From: Candidatus Micrarchaeota archaeon
GTDB taxonomy: Archaea; Micrarchaeota; Micrarchaeia; Micrarchaeales; CABMGC01
Reading direction: 5' to 3'
NCBI GenBank assembly: GCA_023270015.1
Contig: JAGDXZ010000013.1
Span: 1-49,117, forward strand
DNA: 49,117 bases
The number at the start of each line of letters is the position of its first letter. Within the stretch, counting starts at the first letter, position 1. Positions 1 through 9,517 of this stretch are shown piece by piece. The translations under genes were made by a program, and so were the position numbers. The notes beneath the pieces were generated by a model. That model worked only from the letters and a program-made list of their open reading frames with translations. It made no database searches and was not told the DNA's origin.

Positions 1-53
1 AGAGCGCCCGGCTGAAGACCGGGATGTCGCTGGTTCAAATCCGGCCTGCGGCA
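1..53 (+). tRNA. tRNA-Phe (anticodon GAA), 3' portion only; the 5' part lies off-window
   Basis: Anticodon arm CCCGG-CTGAAGA-CCGGG (anticodon GAA). T arm GCTGG-TTCAAAT-CCGGC. Acceptor 3' strand CTGCGGC with discriminator A at 53. No encoded CCA. Confidence 0.8.
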
Positions 54-92
54 ATCCATGCTGTCGTCGAGTGCTTGTTCAAATCCCTTGCA
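40..92 (+). repeat. Direct repeat copy A (att-like), covering the last 14 nt of tRNA-Phe plus the downstream flank
   Basis: Hand alignment with 1317..1366. The 16-nt core tccggcctgcggcaat is identical. After it, 29 of 34 aligned positions match, with one 3-nt indel. Confidence 0.7.
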
Positions 93-1316
93 TAAAGGCT
101 AGTCAGGCTTGAAATAGAGATTTGCTCTTTTGCAAAACTACAAAGAAATAGTGTGAATTTGGCATACATTTCAGAGGTCTCAAAAATAAAATGTTAGGCA
201 CGAAAATTTAATACAAATATTTAAATACACGGAAAAATTTAACCTTATTTAGGTGAAAAAATGCCTGATATAAAAACAAAAAAGATTGAGGAAGAAAAAG
301 GTAAGGAAGATGCAGCAAAAGACATTAGTAAGGAAGATGTAGTTGGGTTATTTAGCATGTCACTGGAGGAAATGTACCGTAAATATACTGATAGGCCAGG
401 CCCCTTAGGAAAAGCAGTAGCTTATTGGTTTGTTAAAGAGGCAGATGAAGATCAGATAAATGAACTTGGAGACAAAGCTGAGAAGGCGGAAACTGCTGCT
501 TTCCTATCTACCGCGTTTTCGTTGGCAGCTGTTTCGATAAGTGATATCAAATATGCTAAATTAGCTCAAAATCCATTAATGGGTATGCTGATGGGTATAT
601 CAGCTCAAAAAAGCGGTGTTGTTTCCGATGTCAAAGATAGTATATCTCTGTTCAACGAAGCTTACGAAACAGCAAAAAAAGTAATAAAGGAAGGTTCGCT
701 TATAAACGATGCTGCCCTCTACCAGCTTGAAGGAATGAACACAGCTGTTCAAGCTATTTCAAGTATGTTTTCAAAAACTTTAAACTCCTACGCCGCTTTA
801 TATGAAGCCCTTAGAAGGAGAGAAGATACACCGACTGTTTCTGATAATGATCTCAATGATCTCGAAGAACGTTTAGCTAAAGCAGCAAATGAATTAAAAA
901 ACGCAAACGAAAAGCTTATCGCTAAATACGGAGAGAAGAACTTCAAGCAAGTTACGACATGGTTTGGAACTCTTGTAGATGAGTTCGTTGCTCAAATGTT
1001 GATAGAAGGAGGAGTTATAAGCAGCTATGAAGATTACCAGAAAATTAAGGAAATCTTCTACGAAGTGGGAGATCGTACAGTCAAACGCGAGTAAACGCAA
1101 GGTTGGAGTGAAGTCGCACACTGTGCGATCTTCCTCTTAAGCAAGTTAGAAAAGCATTAAACCTAGGCAACTTTGCAAAATTCTGCAAATGCGTTGACAA
1201 ACAAAAAAGGAACATAATAAGAACTTTTGCGTCTAGTGTTAAGTGTTTTTGTCTCTAATTCTGTGGCTTATTAGATAGCGATGTATATGCAAAAAGATTT
1301 GTAAAAAAGGTGTGCC
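93..1316. mobile_element. AT-rich islet between the two repeat copies; possible remnant of an integrated element, with no integrase present
   Basis: Bracketed by the tRNA-Phe 3'-end direct repeat. Visibly AT-richer than neighbouring genes. Contains a single ORF of unknown family. Confidence 0.35.
261..1094 (+). CDS. Hypothetical protein, K/E-rich and predicted helical, no recognisable family
   Basis: The only long ORF in the islet. ATG is preceded by AGGTGA and an upstream TTTAAATA-type box. Ends in TAA, followed by the 15-nt palindrome TCGCACACTGTGCGA (1114..1128). Confidence 0.6.
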   Translation: MPDIKTKKIEEEKGKEDAAKDISKEDVVGLFSMSLEEMYRKYTDRPGPLGKAVAYWFVKEADEDQINELGDKAEKAETAAFLSTAFSLAAVSISDIKYAKLAQNPLMGMLMGISAQKSGVVSDVKDSISLFNEAYETAKKVIKEGSLINDAALYQLEGMNTAVQAISSMFSKTLNSYAALYEALRRREDTPTVSDNDLNDLEERLAKAANELKNANEKLIAKYGEKNFKQVTTWFGTLVDEFVAQMLIEGGVISSYEDYQKIKEIFYEVGDRTVKRE

Positions 1317-1366
1317 TCCGGCCTGCGGCAATTCAGGTTGTCGACGAGGGCTTGTTCAAACTTGCA
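1317..1366 (+). repeat. Direct repeat copy B (att-like)
   Basis: See copy A. No T-loop or other tRNA body lies upstream of it, so it is a duplicated tRNA 3' end and flank, not a second tRNA. Confidence 0.7.
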
Positions 1367-1447
1367 AGACTGCAAATGTCAAAGTTGGGCAACGATATTG
1401 TACCATTAAGGGTTAGCCTCGATTATCTTTTTATTTCCTTGATGAAT

Positions 1448-1716
1448 TTATTTTGCTATGCCACTGAGCTTGCTTGCCTGCTCGTATGCCTCTTTATCAT
1501 AATGCATGTTAAAATATGCATGCACCAGCATATGCCTAAGCACACTTCTTTCCTTGAAGTCTTCCATTACTTCTTTGCTAAGTAGGCTTGAGAATTTATT
1601 GGTAAGTGACTAGCCGCTGCCTGCTATGCCCAACTCAAGACCTTTGTATGCTATCGCAAGCACTCCAGTTCAAGATCGCTTATAAGCTGCAGGTATCTCT
1701 CGACTGCTGCTTTCAT
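1448..1716 (-). pseudogene. Decayed HepT/DUF86-type HEPN toxin gene with one frameshift and one in-frame TAG
   Basis: Minus-strand translation gives three pieces. Piece 1: MKAAVERYLQLISDLELE. After a frame change, piece 2: VLAIAYKGLELGIAGSG, ending in TAG. Piece 3: SLTNKFSSLLSKEVMEDFKERSVLRHMLVHAYFNMHYDKEAYEQ... Together they follow the DUF86 pattern, including the R-x-x-x-x-H-x-Y motif (RHMLVHAY versus the usual RNxLVHxY). There is no room upstream for a nucleotidyltransferase antitoxin partner. Confidence 0.5.
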
Positions 1717-1786
1717 ATCATACCTGCTTAATTGAGTTACTCTAAAGCCTGCCGATGCAGCATTTGAAACAGAAGTTTATTATAAA

Positions 1787-3004
1787 TTGCCGTCAAAAAA
1801 TGCTTTCGTGGACGTTTTAGAACGTATAGATTCATACAAAAAAGAAATGGTTTCGGCAATGGTCAAGATGATTGCCATACCTGCAATTTCGCCTGTAAGT
1901 GGCGGCGAAGGAGAAAGCAAAAGAGCAGATTTTCTTGAAGACTTGCTTAAGAAAATGGGGTTGGAGGTTAAAAGGTTTGACTATAAAGACGAATTCGGCA
2001 AGATAAGGTCGAATCTAATAGTTGAATATGGGAAGGCTGCTCAAAGGATTTGGATCCTGAGCCACATCGATACAGTTTCACCCGGCGATCTTTCTCTTTG
2101 GAGGCACGATCCTTTCGATGCCTATGTAAAAGATGGGAAGATTTATGGCAGGGGCACAAATGATGACGGTCAAGGTGTAATTTCTAGCATATTCGCCTTG
2201 AAAGCAGTAAAAGAATCAGGCGTAGATCCTAAGTTTACATTTGGCATAGCATTAGTGGCAGATGAGGAGGTAGGCAACGAATACGGAATTAAGAAGCTGT
2301 TGAAAGAGGGCGTGTTTAGTAAAAAGGATCTTGCAGTAGTGCCAGACTGGGGCAGACCTAAAGGTGACGAGATAGAAATAGCCGAAAAGGGAATTTTATG
2401 GCTAAAGTTTAGGGTTGTCGGCAAGCAAGTTCACGCAAGCACGCCCGAGCAGGGTTTAAATGCATACAGGGTCTCTGTCAAGCTTCTCGATCTCCTCGAT
2501 AACGCGCTCCACAAAAGGTTTGGCAAAGCGGATCCGCTTTTCGAACCTCCAAAATCCACATTTGAGATGACAAAGCATGAAAAGAATGTCGAGAGCGTAA
2601 ACATAATTCCAGGAACTGAGACATTCTTCATGGACTGCAGAGTCCTGCCCAATTACAAGCTTGATAACGTTGTAGCTCTTGTAAAGAATATTTCTAAGCG
2701 TGTAGGGAGGCAGACAAAAGCGAGAATATATGTGGAAGTGGTAAGCAGAGACGAAGCATTAAAGCCTCTGCCGAAAAATGCAAAGATAATTCAGATATTG
2801 CAAAGATCCATCAAGCAGGTGAAGCATAAAGAGGCTAGGCTTGTAGGTATAGGAGGAGGTACAGTAGCTAAATTTTTGCGCAGATATGGCGTTGAATCAG
2901 CAGTATGGTCTTCCCAAGACGACGTAGCACACCAGCCAAATGAATATGCAGTGATAAGCAATATGGTAGAGGATACTAAAATCTTTGCAAGCATGTTTGT
3001 ATAG
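1787..3004 (+). CDS. M20 family metallopeptidase/deacylase (ArgE/DapE-like)
   Basis: Motifs HIDTVSPGD, GRGTNDDGQG and ADEEVG; length about 400 aa. The start is uncertain: TTG at 1787, or an internal ATG. Confidence 0.85.
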   Translation: MPSKNAFVDVLERIDSYKKEMVSAMVKMIAIPAISPVSGGEGESKRADFLEDLLKKMGLEVKRFDYKDEFGKIRSNLIVEYGKAAQRIWILSHIDTVSPGDLSLWRHDPFDAYVKDGKIYGRGTNDDGQGVISSIFALKAVKESGVDPKFTFGIALVADEEVGNEYGIKKLLKEGVFSKKDLAVVPDWGRPKGDEIEIAEKGILWLKFRVVGKQVHASTPEQGLNAYRVSVKLLDLLDNALHKRFGKADPLFEPPKSTFEMTKHEKNVESVNIIPGTETFFMDCRVLPNYKLDNVVALVKNISKRVGRQTKARIYVEVVSRDEALKPLPKNAKIIQILQRSIKQVKHKEARLVGIGGGTVAKFLRRYGVESAVWSSQDDVAHQPNEYAVISNMVEDTKIFASMFV

Positions 3005-4316
3005 TGGTTGCTTGCCTAGGCTTAAGCGCGTTGTCACATTAAGGGAAGCTTTATCGATAAACCTCGCTGCCATAATAGGCGCAGGTATTTATGTAATTAG
3101 TGGCCTTGCGGCAGGTACCGCAGGTCCTGCATCTATCATTGCGATTCTTATAGGTGGCGTCGCGAGCATCTTCACTGGTTTTAGCTTTGCAGAGCTTGCC
3201 CACTTGTATGCTAGTGAAGGGGGGAACTACGAGTACTCTAGAGAGGTTCTTGGAAACTATGCAGGTTTCATCGCAGGCATCGTGTGGGTTCTAGGATCTA
3301 TGGTTGGAGGTGCGGCGATAGCGTTAAGCTTTGCGGGCTACCTTAATTCCTTGCTGAATATTCATTTTAGCGAGACCATAGAGGCTGCTATTCTCGTTAT
3401 AGTGCTTGCCTTGATCAACTACTTCGGCATAAAACGTTCTGCGGAATTGGCTACATTTCTTACAATACTCAACATTTGCGTTCTGCTTTTCTTTGTGTTA
3501 GTAGGCGTATTTTTTATCAAACCTAGCAATTACGTTCCAGTATTTCCAAAGGGATTAAGCAGCATGTTTGTTGCATCTGCATTTGTGTTTTTTGCCTATA
3601 CTGGCTTTGCAAGGGTTACAATGCTTGGTGACGAAATAAAGGAACCTAGGAAGACAATACCCAGGGCAATTATTTATTCCATACTAATCTCAACGCTCGT
3701 CTATGCCTCAGTAATGTTTGTTCTTATAGGAATAGTTTCATACTCAAGCGTCAGCCGTTCATCTTCGCCTCTTGCTTATGCTCTCATTTCCGCTACCAGG
3801 AATCCGCTTTTCGGCTATGTGATAGATGTCGGAGCCCTAATTGCGACTTTTGATGTAGACCTTGCCATGATCCTAGGTCTTTCGCGTGTTCTTTTTGCCA
3901 TGTCGCACGACAAGGCCATACCGCGGCACTTCTCCCAGCTTAACAAGTACAGCGTCCCTCATTTTAGCATACTTGCTTCTGCAATCGTGATGATTGGCAT
4001 ACTGCCGCTTGCCTTCAAGGAAATCGTCTCGTTGAGCAATGCAGGCTCTCTCTTTTCCTATACCCTTGCCAACATTGCCGCTATAAAGCTAACCTTGGCT
4101 AATAGAAAAAATCCGGAAAAATTAATTGTAAACAAGCGCAATGCCTTCCTGTTACCCATAATCGGCGCATTTACTACTATTGGCTTGCTGGTTTTCCTAA
4201 CGCCGCTTAGCTTAGAGATACTTGCCTGCGTGCTTGTTGGAGTTTCTGCTTATTACTTTGCAACTGGCAAGCATCTTAGAAGGATAATAGAACACGAAAG
4301 GAAAGAGAATTGGTAA
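2985..4316 (+). CDS. APC superfamily amino acid permease
   Basis: About 12 hydrophobic segments. N-terminal LKRxxTLxEALSINLAAIIGAGIYV signature typical of APC transporters. The 5' end overlaps the previous gene by 20 nt, so the start is uncertain. Confidence 0.85.
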   Translation: MQACLYSGCLPRLKRVVTLREALSINLAAIIGAGIYVISGLAAGTAGPASIIAILIGGVASIFTGFSFAELAHLYASEGGNYEYSREVLGNYAGFIAGIVWVLGSMVGGAAIALSFAGYLNSLLNIHFSETIEAAILVIVLALINYFGIKRSAELATFLTILNICVLLFFVLVGVFFIKPSNYVPVFPKGLSSMFVASAFVFFAYTGFARVTMLGDEIKEPRKTIPRAIIYSILISTLVYASVMFVLIGIVSYSSVSRSSSPLAYALISATRNPLFGYVIDVGALIATFDVDLAMILGLSRVLFAMSHDKAIPRHFSQLNKYSVPHFSILASAIVMIGILPLAFKEIVSLSNAGSLFSYTLANIAAIKLTLANRKNPEKLIVNKRNAFLLPIIGAFTTIGLLVFLTPLSLEILACVLVGVSAYYFATGKHLRRIIEHERKENW

Positions 4317-5030
4317 TCATCTTACTACTTCATATTCAGACTTCGGCTTCTTGGTAAAAGTATACCTAAGCATATTGCCTATGTGGTATTTTACAAATTT
4401 GAAAAGGCCCCATTTAAGTACGCGTCTTGCGCTGCTGTAGACTACTGCTTCATTTACAAATGCAAACCTGCCATATTTTGCAAGCCTATGGGAGAGATCC
4501 CAGTCTTCATATGTTACATATTTTTCATTGAATCCGCCAGCTTTTTCGAAGGCGGTCCTTTTTACTGCGAAGTTCATGCCATTTATTGTAGGCCTATTAA
4601 TGAGCCAGGAAATCCTTACGAAATATACCGAAACGAACTTGTAGCCTAGGTAGATCTTCTTTGTTGTTTTTTCTAAGGGCAGTATTGGTCCGGTAGCAGC
4701 TACGACGTCCTTGTTCTCGAAAGCTTTTGTGTAAGATTCCAGCAGCTTGCTAGAAGGCACGGTATCCGCGTCGAGGAAAAGCAGATAGTCTCCTTTTGCA
4801 GCCCTTGCACCTGTATTTCGTGCTGGCGCTGCACCTTTCTTCTTTTCTAAAATTACTCTGGCACCAAACTTTTTCGCTATTTTGACAGTGCTATCAGTGC
4901 TTCCACCATCTACTACTATTGTCTCATGTGGCACTTTTTGTCTTTTTACCCCTTTAAGTGCTAGCGGCAAATACTTCTCTTCATTAAGTGCGGGTATTAT
5001 TATGCTGAAAATTATGCGGTTTCCACTCAT
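4317..5030 (-). CDS. Glycosyltransferase family 2
   Basis: IIIPALNEE...DGGSTDST...FLDADT motifs of a GT-A fold GT2 enzyme. Confidence 0.85.
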   Translation of the reverse strand: MSGNRIIFSIIIPALNEEKYLPLALKGVKRQKVPHETIVVDGGSTDSTVKIAKKFGARVILEKKKGAAPARNTGARAAKGDYLLFLDADTVPSSKLLESYTKAFENKDVVAATGPILPLEKTTKKIYLGYKFVSVYFVRISWLINRPTINGMNFAVKRTAFEKAGGFNEKYVTYEDWDLSHRLAKYGRFAFVNEAVVYSSARRVLKWGLFKFVKYHIGNMLRYTFTKKPKSEYEVVR

Positions 5031-5060
5031 GCCCTCGATATTTTTTCAAGGTTCAGTGTT

Positions 5061-6296
5061 TTATTTCTTTCTCAGTAGAAGCCTTCTCGCTTTTTCTACG
5101 GCTTCTATTGCCTTGTCCACTTCCTCTTCTTTGTTGTAAATGTAGAAACTCATCCTTGCCACAGCTGGCTCTTTAAGTAGCTCGTTAACTAAAGGCATTG
5201 CGCAATGGTGCCCGGATCTTATCGCTATTCCTTCACTGTCAAAGATCTGGGCAAGGTCGTGTGCATGTATGCCTTCCACGTTGAATGATATAACGCCAGC
5301 TTTGTGGTCCAGGTCTGTTTTTATACCGTAAACTTTGACGTTGGCCTCATCAAGCCTTTTTAGCGCATAGGAAGTGAGCTTGCGCTCATGCTCTCTAACT
5401 GCGTTCATGCCAAGCTTGTTAAGATAATCTATTGCTGCGCCTAGTCCTATGCCTCCTTCTATGTTTTGAGTTCCTGCTTCAAACTTCCATGGAAGCTCGT
5501 TCCATGAGCATGAATAGAAGCTTACAGTTCGAATCATATCCCCTCCGCCCAATACCGGTTCCATTTTCTCTAGGATGTCTTCTTTTCCATATAGCACGCC
5601 TATGCCTGCAGGCCCAAGCATTTTATGGCCTGAAAATGCAAGAAAGTCGCAGTCTATGCTTTTGACATCGATTGGCATGTGTGGTACAGATTGCGCACCG
5701 TCTATAAGCACGGTTGCACCTTCTTCGTGCGCCATCTTTGTAATTTGCTTTGCATCGTTTATTGTGCCGAGAACATTTGAAACATGGGTAAAGGCGACAA
5801 GCTTTGGCTTCAAGCTCAGCTTTTCGTTTAGGTCGTCCATATCTATGTAAGCTGAGCCCTTTAGCTTTACATAGTCAAGTACAACACCCTTTCTTCTTGC
5901 AAGCATTTGCCAAGGAACCATGTTGCTGTGGTGTTCCATTTCTGTTATAAGAACGTGGTCTCCTTGCTTAAGGTTCTGCTCTCCCCAAGACCTTGCAACT
6001 ATGTTTATTGCCTCTGTTGTGCTCCTATAGTATACTATGTTTCTGTAGCTGCCTGCGTTTATGAATTTTGCAACCTTTTCCTTGGATTCAGTATAGGCTT
6101 CTGTTGCCTTTTCCGATATGGCATATATTCCTCTATGTATGTTTGCATTGAATGTCTTGTAATAGTCCACAATTGCCTGTATTACCTGAATCGGCTTTTG
6201 CGAAGTTGCAGCGCTGTCCAAATAAACAAGCGGCTTGCCGTTCATCTTTGTCTGCAGTATTGGGAAATCCTTTCTTATCTCATCAACGTCGAACAT
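5061..6296 (-). CDS. sufS: Cysteine desulfurase SufS (class V aminotransferase)
   Basis: PLP-lysine motif SGHKMLGPAGIGVLYG and active-site RSGHHCA. Last gene of the suf cluster. Confidence 0.9.
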   Translation of the reverse strand: MFDVDEIRKDFPILQTKMNGKPLVYLDSAATSQKPIQVIQAIVDYYKTFNANIHRGIYAISEKATEAYTESKEKVAKFINAGSYRNIVYYRSTTEAINIVARSWGEQNLKQGDHVLITEMEHHSNMVPWQMLARRKGVVLDYVKLKGSAYIDMDDLNEKLSLKPKLVAFTHVSNVLGTINDAKQITKMAHEEGATVLIDGAQSVPHMPIDVKSIDCDFLAFSGHKMLGPAGIGVLYGKEDILEKMEPVLGGGDMIRTVSFYSCSWNELPWKFEAGTQNIEGGIGLGAAIDYLNKLGMNAVREHERKLTSYALKRLDEANVKVYGIKTDLDHKAGVISFNVEGIHAHDLAQIFDSEGIAIRSGHHCAMPLVNELLKEPAVARMSFYIYNKEEEVDKAIEAVEKARRLLLRKK

Positions 6297-6297
6297 G

Positions 6298-7026
6298 CTA
6301 TCCCTCTATGAAGCCGTATCCCTCTCTTTCTATTTTTTCAGCTAGCTCTCTTCCGCCGCTTGCAACTATCTTGCCCTTATCCATTACGTAAACTTTTGTC
6401 GGATTTATGTAGCTTAGTATGCGAGTATAATGGGTTATGAGAAGAATGCCAGCATGTGACTCTTTTTCATACATGTTTATGGCTTCTGCCACCTTTTTCA
6501 ACGTGTCAACATCTAAGCCGGAATCGGGCTCATCAAGAATCGCAAACTTTGGCTTGAGAACAAGCATCTGCATGATTTCTACCTTCTTCTTTTCTCCTCC
6601 AGAGAAGCCCACATTCACATCCTTTTTGAGCATCTCCTCTTTCAGATCAAGGATCTTAATTGCCTTTTCAATATCCTCCTCTATTTGCCTTGCACTTACT
6701 TTGCTCTGTGCTGTCTTTGCAGCAAAGATGAAGTTTTCTAGGTTTACGCCCTCTATCTCAATTGGCTCTTGAAACTGCATGAATATGCCAAGCTTTGCCC
6801 TTTCATCAGGCCCCATGCCAAGTATGCTCTTTCCATCTACTAAAATTTCTCCGGAATCAATCGCAAGACCAGGATAGCCCATAATGGCCATTCCGAGCGT
6901 CGTCTTGCCGGAACCGTTTGGCCCCATGAGCACAGTAATCTCATCAGATTTCATGCTAAGGCTTGCATGCTCCAATATCTTTTTCCCCTGTATGCTTACG
7001 CACAAATCCTTTACTTCTATCTCCAT
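6298..7026 (-). CDS. sufC: Fe-S cluster assembly ATPase SufC
   Basis: Walker A GPNGSGKTT, ABC signature FSGGEKKK, Walker B ILDEPDSGLD. Its TAG stop lies 1 nt before the sufS ATG. Confidence 0.95.
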   Translation of the reverse strand: MEIEVKDLCVSIQGKKILEHASLSMKSDEITVLMGPNGSGKTTLGMAIMGYPGLAIDSGEILVDGKSILGMGPDERAKLGIFMQFQEPIEIEGVNLENFIFAAKTAQSKVSARQIEEDIEKAIKILDLKEEMLKKDVNVGFSGGEKKKVEIMQMLVLKPKFAILDEPDSGLDVDTLKKVAEAINMYEKESHAGILLITHYTRILSYINPTKVYVMDKGKIVASGGRELAEKIEREGYGFIEG

Positions 7027-7030
7027 GTTA

Positions 7031-8104
7031 TCACGATCTTAGCTTCGAATTCAGCGAAGCTTCCGCCTCTTCAAGCATTATTTTGCCTTTTTCGCTTCCA
7101 AACTTTCCTGTCAACAGTTTCTCCAAGAATCCTGTGGCAAACAGCTGCCTTGCATTGCCTTCGCTTACTCCTCTTGACATTATGTAAAATATGCTTTTCT
7201 TGCCTAGCGGGAATACTGCCGAGCTGTGGCTTGCGTTTGCAACGTTGTTTGTATCTACTGCCATGTCAGGCATCGGCACAAAGCTTGCACCATCGTTAAG
7301 CAACAAGCCTTTCTCTTCTATGTAGGTGCTAGCCTCCTCTGCGCTTTGCCTTACCTTTGCCAACTCCTTGACCAGGCATTCGGCATTGTCTTTTACCACC
7401 GCCCTTGTAAGCGATTCAATGCTAGAATTGCGTCCTTCGTTAACTAGCAAAGAAGAAAGATCTATTATTTGAGAACTGCCTGCAACAGCGACCGTGCTCG
7501 AGGCGATTGAACCGCCATCTTCGGCAACGCCTATTGTGCCATGGTGCAGCCTGTTGCCCCCTGCAAATACATTCGTAAGTCTTGCTTCCGCGTTTTTGCC
7601 TGAATGTACAAGGCTGAGAAGCGCATAGTTTGCATTTGCTGGTTCTTTGTGAAGCGCCACTAGATTTAGCTTTGAACTTTCATCAAGTTCCATTTCCTGC
7701 GATAGTATGCCATCTGATGAAAAGTTAGATGAAAAAGTTTCATAAATATCTAATGACGCATGCTTTCCCAGCCTTATTTTGATTTTTGAAGGCAGCGAGG
7801 AGTCGAAAATGAAAGCCATATTCATTGTTACTTCTTTACCGTCTTCTATACTTATTGTTAATGGATTGCTGACGTTCTCTGTCAATCTTATTATTTCTGC
7901 GTCGTTTGCTATGCTTATGCCCTCGCTCTCTACGCTAGATGCATGCTCCGAGCTAAATGCCACAATATCATAATCTTTGCTTGTTCCTTTTTCTCTGCCT
8001 GAGCTTTTATCTTCGAATCTAATAGGTATTGGCCTGCCGTGCCTTTTGTAGAGCTCGCCCCTTTCTTTTTCTAGTTCTCCAAAGTCCTCTAGCCATTCTA
8101 GCAT
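7031..8104 (-). CDS. sufD: Fe-S cluster assembly protein SufD (short, divergent)
   Basis: C-terminal FYIMSRGVSEGNARQLFATGFL parallels the SufB motif FYLKSRGISEDDAVSLVVFGFI. The start overlaps the sufB stop (TAATG). Confidence 0.8.
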   Translation of the reverse strand: MLEWLEDFGELEKERGELYKRHGRPIPIRFEDKSSGREKGTSKDYDIVAFSSEHASSVESEGISIANDAEIIRLTENVSNPLTISIEDGKEVTMNMAFIFDSSLPSKIKIRLGKHASLDIYETFSSNFSSDGILSQEMELDESSKLNLVALHKEPANANYALLSLVHSGKNAEARLTNVFAGGNRLHHGTIGVAEDGGSIASSTVAVAGSSQIIDLSSLLVNEGRNSSIESLTRAVVKDNAECLVKELAKVRQSAEEASTYIEEKGLLLNDGASFVPMPDMAVDTNNVANASHSSAVFPLGKKSIFYIMSRGVSEGNARQLFATGFLEKLLTGKFGSEKGKIMLEEAEASLNSKLRS

Positions 8105-9513
8105 TAGCCCACCGAGCCCGCCATGTTAAGCTTTATGAGCCTTTTGAGCTCAAGCACGTAATCCAGCGGCAGCTTCTCTGCAAAGTCCTTTATGAAACCA
8201 AAGACAACAAGCGATACCGCATCGTCTTCGCTTATCCCTCTGCTTTTAAGGTAGAACAGCATCTTGTCGCTGAGCTTGCCTACCTTGGCCTCGTGTGCTA
8301 CTGTCGCTGTTCTGTTCTTTATTTCGAAATAAGGATATGTGGTTGTTTTTGTATTGGTGTCTAGCAGCAGCGTGTTGCAAGAGGAGCTTGCGACAGCATT
8401 TTCTGCATTTTCAGCTATGCTTACTAAGCCTCTAAAAGAAGCTATGCCACTTCCTTTTGCCACGCTCTTTGAGATAAGCCTCGAAGATGTGTTGGGAGCA
8501 AGATGATATATTTTGCCCCCAGAGTCGAGCACTTGTCCGTCGCTTGCCAACGCAACTGATATGACCTCTCCTTTCGAATTTGGTTCTTTGAGGAATATGC
8601 TTGGGTACTTCATGTTTATCCTGCTCCCTATGTTCATGTCGTACCATTCCACGCTTGCATTCTCATAAGCATGCGCCCTTTGCGTGACAAGGTTGTATAT
8701 ATTCTTTGACCAGTTCTGCACAGTAATGTATCTAACATGCGCGTTTCTCTTTGCTATTACCTCAACTACAGCAGCATGTAGGCTTGTTGTGGAATAAAGG
8801 GGAGCCGTGCAGCCTTCTGTGTAAACAACATCAGCGCCTTCCTCAGCTATTATTAGAGTTCTCTCAAACTGGCCGAAAGATTCTGAGTTTATTCTGAAAT
8901 AAGCATTTAGTGGCAAAGGAACTTTAACGCCTTTGGGCACATAGATGAACGAGCCTCCACTCCAAACAGCAGTATTAAGCGCAGCAAACTTGTTATCGGT
9001 TGGTGGTATTACCGTTCCAAAATATTTTTCGACTATGTCGCCATATTCTTTAACCGCAGTGTCTGTGTCAGTGAATATTACCCCAAGTTTTTCAAGCTGA
9101 TCTCTTATATTGGCGTATACTGCGTTTGAATCAAACTGAGCCTCTACGCCCGCAAAGAACTTTCTCTCGGCTTCAGGCACGCCCAACTTTTCGAATGTCT
9201 GCTTGATTTCATCTGGTATCTCCTCCCAGCTTGCGCCCTTCTGTGCGTTTGGCGCTCTGTAGTAGTAAATGTCGTCAAAGTCTATTCCGCTTAAATCAGG
9301 ACCCCACTTGGGCAAAGGCTTTGATTTAAACACCTTGTAGCCAAGCAGTCTTTTTTCGAGCATCCATTTTGGTTCATGTTTAAGCCTTGAGATCTCCTTT
9401 ACTACCTCTTCATCTAGGCCTTTCCTGAAAGGAACATACTCCACATTAGTCCTAAACCCATACTTTGCCTCATAATTCTCGTTCCAGTTAATTGGTTGCT
9501 TGCTCTCTACCAT
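8104..9513 (-). CDS. sufB: Fe-S cluster assembly scaffold SufB
   Basis: Strongly conserved SufB sequence throughout, for example FYLKSRGISEDDA; 469 aa. Confidence 0.95.
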   Translation of the reverse strand: MVESKQPINWNENYEAKYGFRTNVEYVPFRKGLDEEVVKEISRLKHEPKWMLEKRLLGYKVFKSKPLPKWGPDLSGIDFDDIYYYRAPNAQKGASWEEIPDEIKQTFEKLGVPEAERKFFAGVEAQFDSNAVYANIRDQLEKLGVIFTDTDTAVKEYGDIVEKYFGTVIPPTDNKFAALNTAVWSGGSFIYVPKGVKVPLPLNAYFRINSESFGQFERTLIIAEEGADVVYTEGCTAPLYSTTSLHAAVVEVIAKRNAHVRYITVQNWSKNIYNLVTQRAHAYENASVEWYDMNIGSRINMKYPSIFLKEPNSKGEVISVALASDGQVLDSGGKIYHLAPNTSSRLISKSVAKGSGIASFRGLVSIAENAENAVASSSCNTLLLDTNTKTTTYPYFEIKNRTATVAHEAKVGKLSDKMLFYLKSRGISEDDAVSLVVFGFIKDFAEKLPLDYVLELKRLIKLNMAGSVG

Positions 9514-9517
9514 GATA

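Noticed and set aside
1114-1128. 15-nt palindrome TCGCACACTGTGCGA, 20 nt after the stop of the islet ORF
   Set aside because: It could be a terminator hairpin or a binding site. However, it is a single occurrence with a 7-bp stem and no second copy in the window, so evidence is insufficient.
1310-1585. 91-aa plus-strand ORF from the supplied track
   Set aside because: It begins inside att-like repeat copy B and runs antisense to the HepT remnant. The translation is Cys/Leu/Phe-rich with no motif. It is best explained as a shadow ORF.
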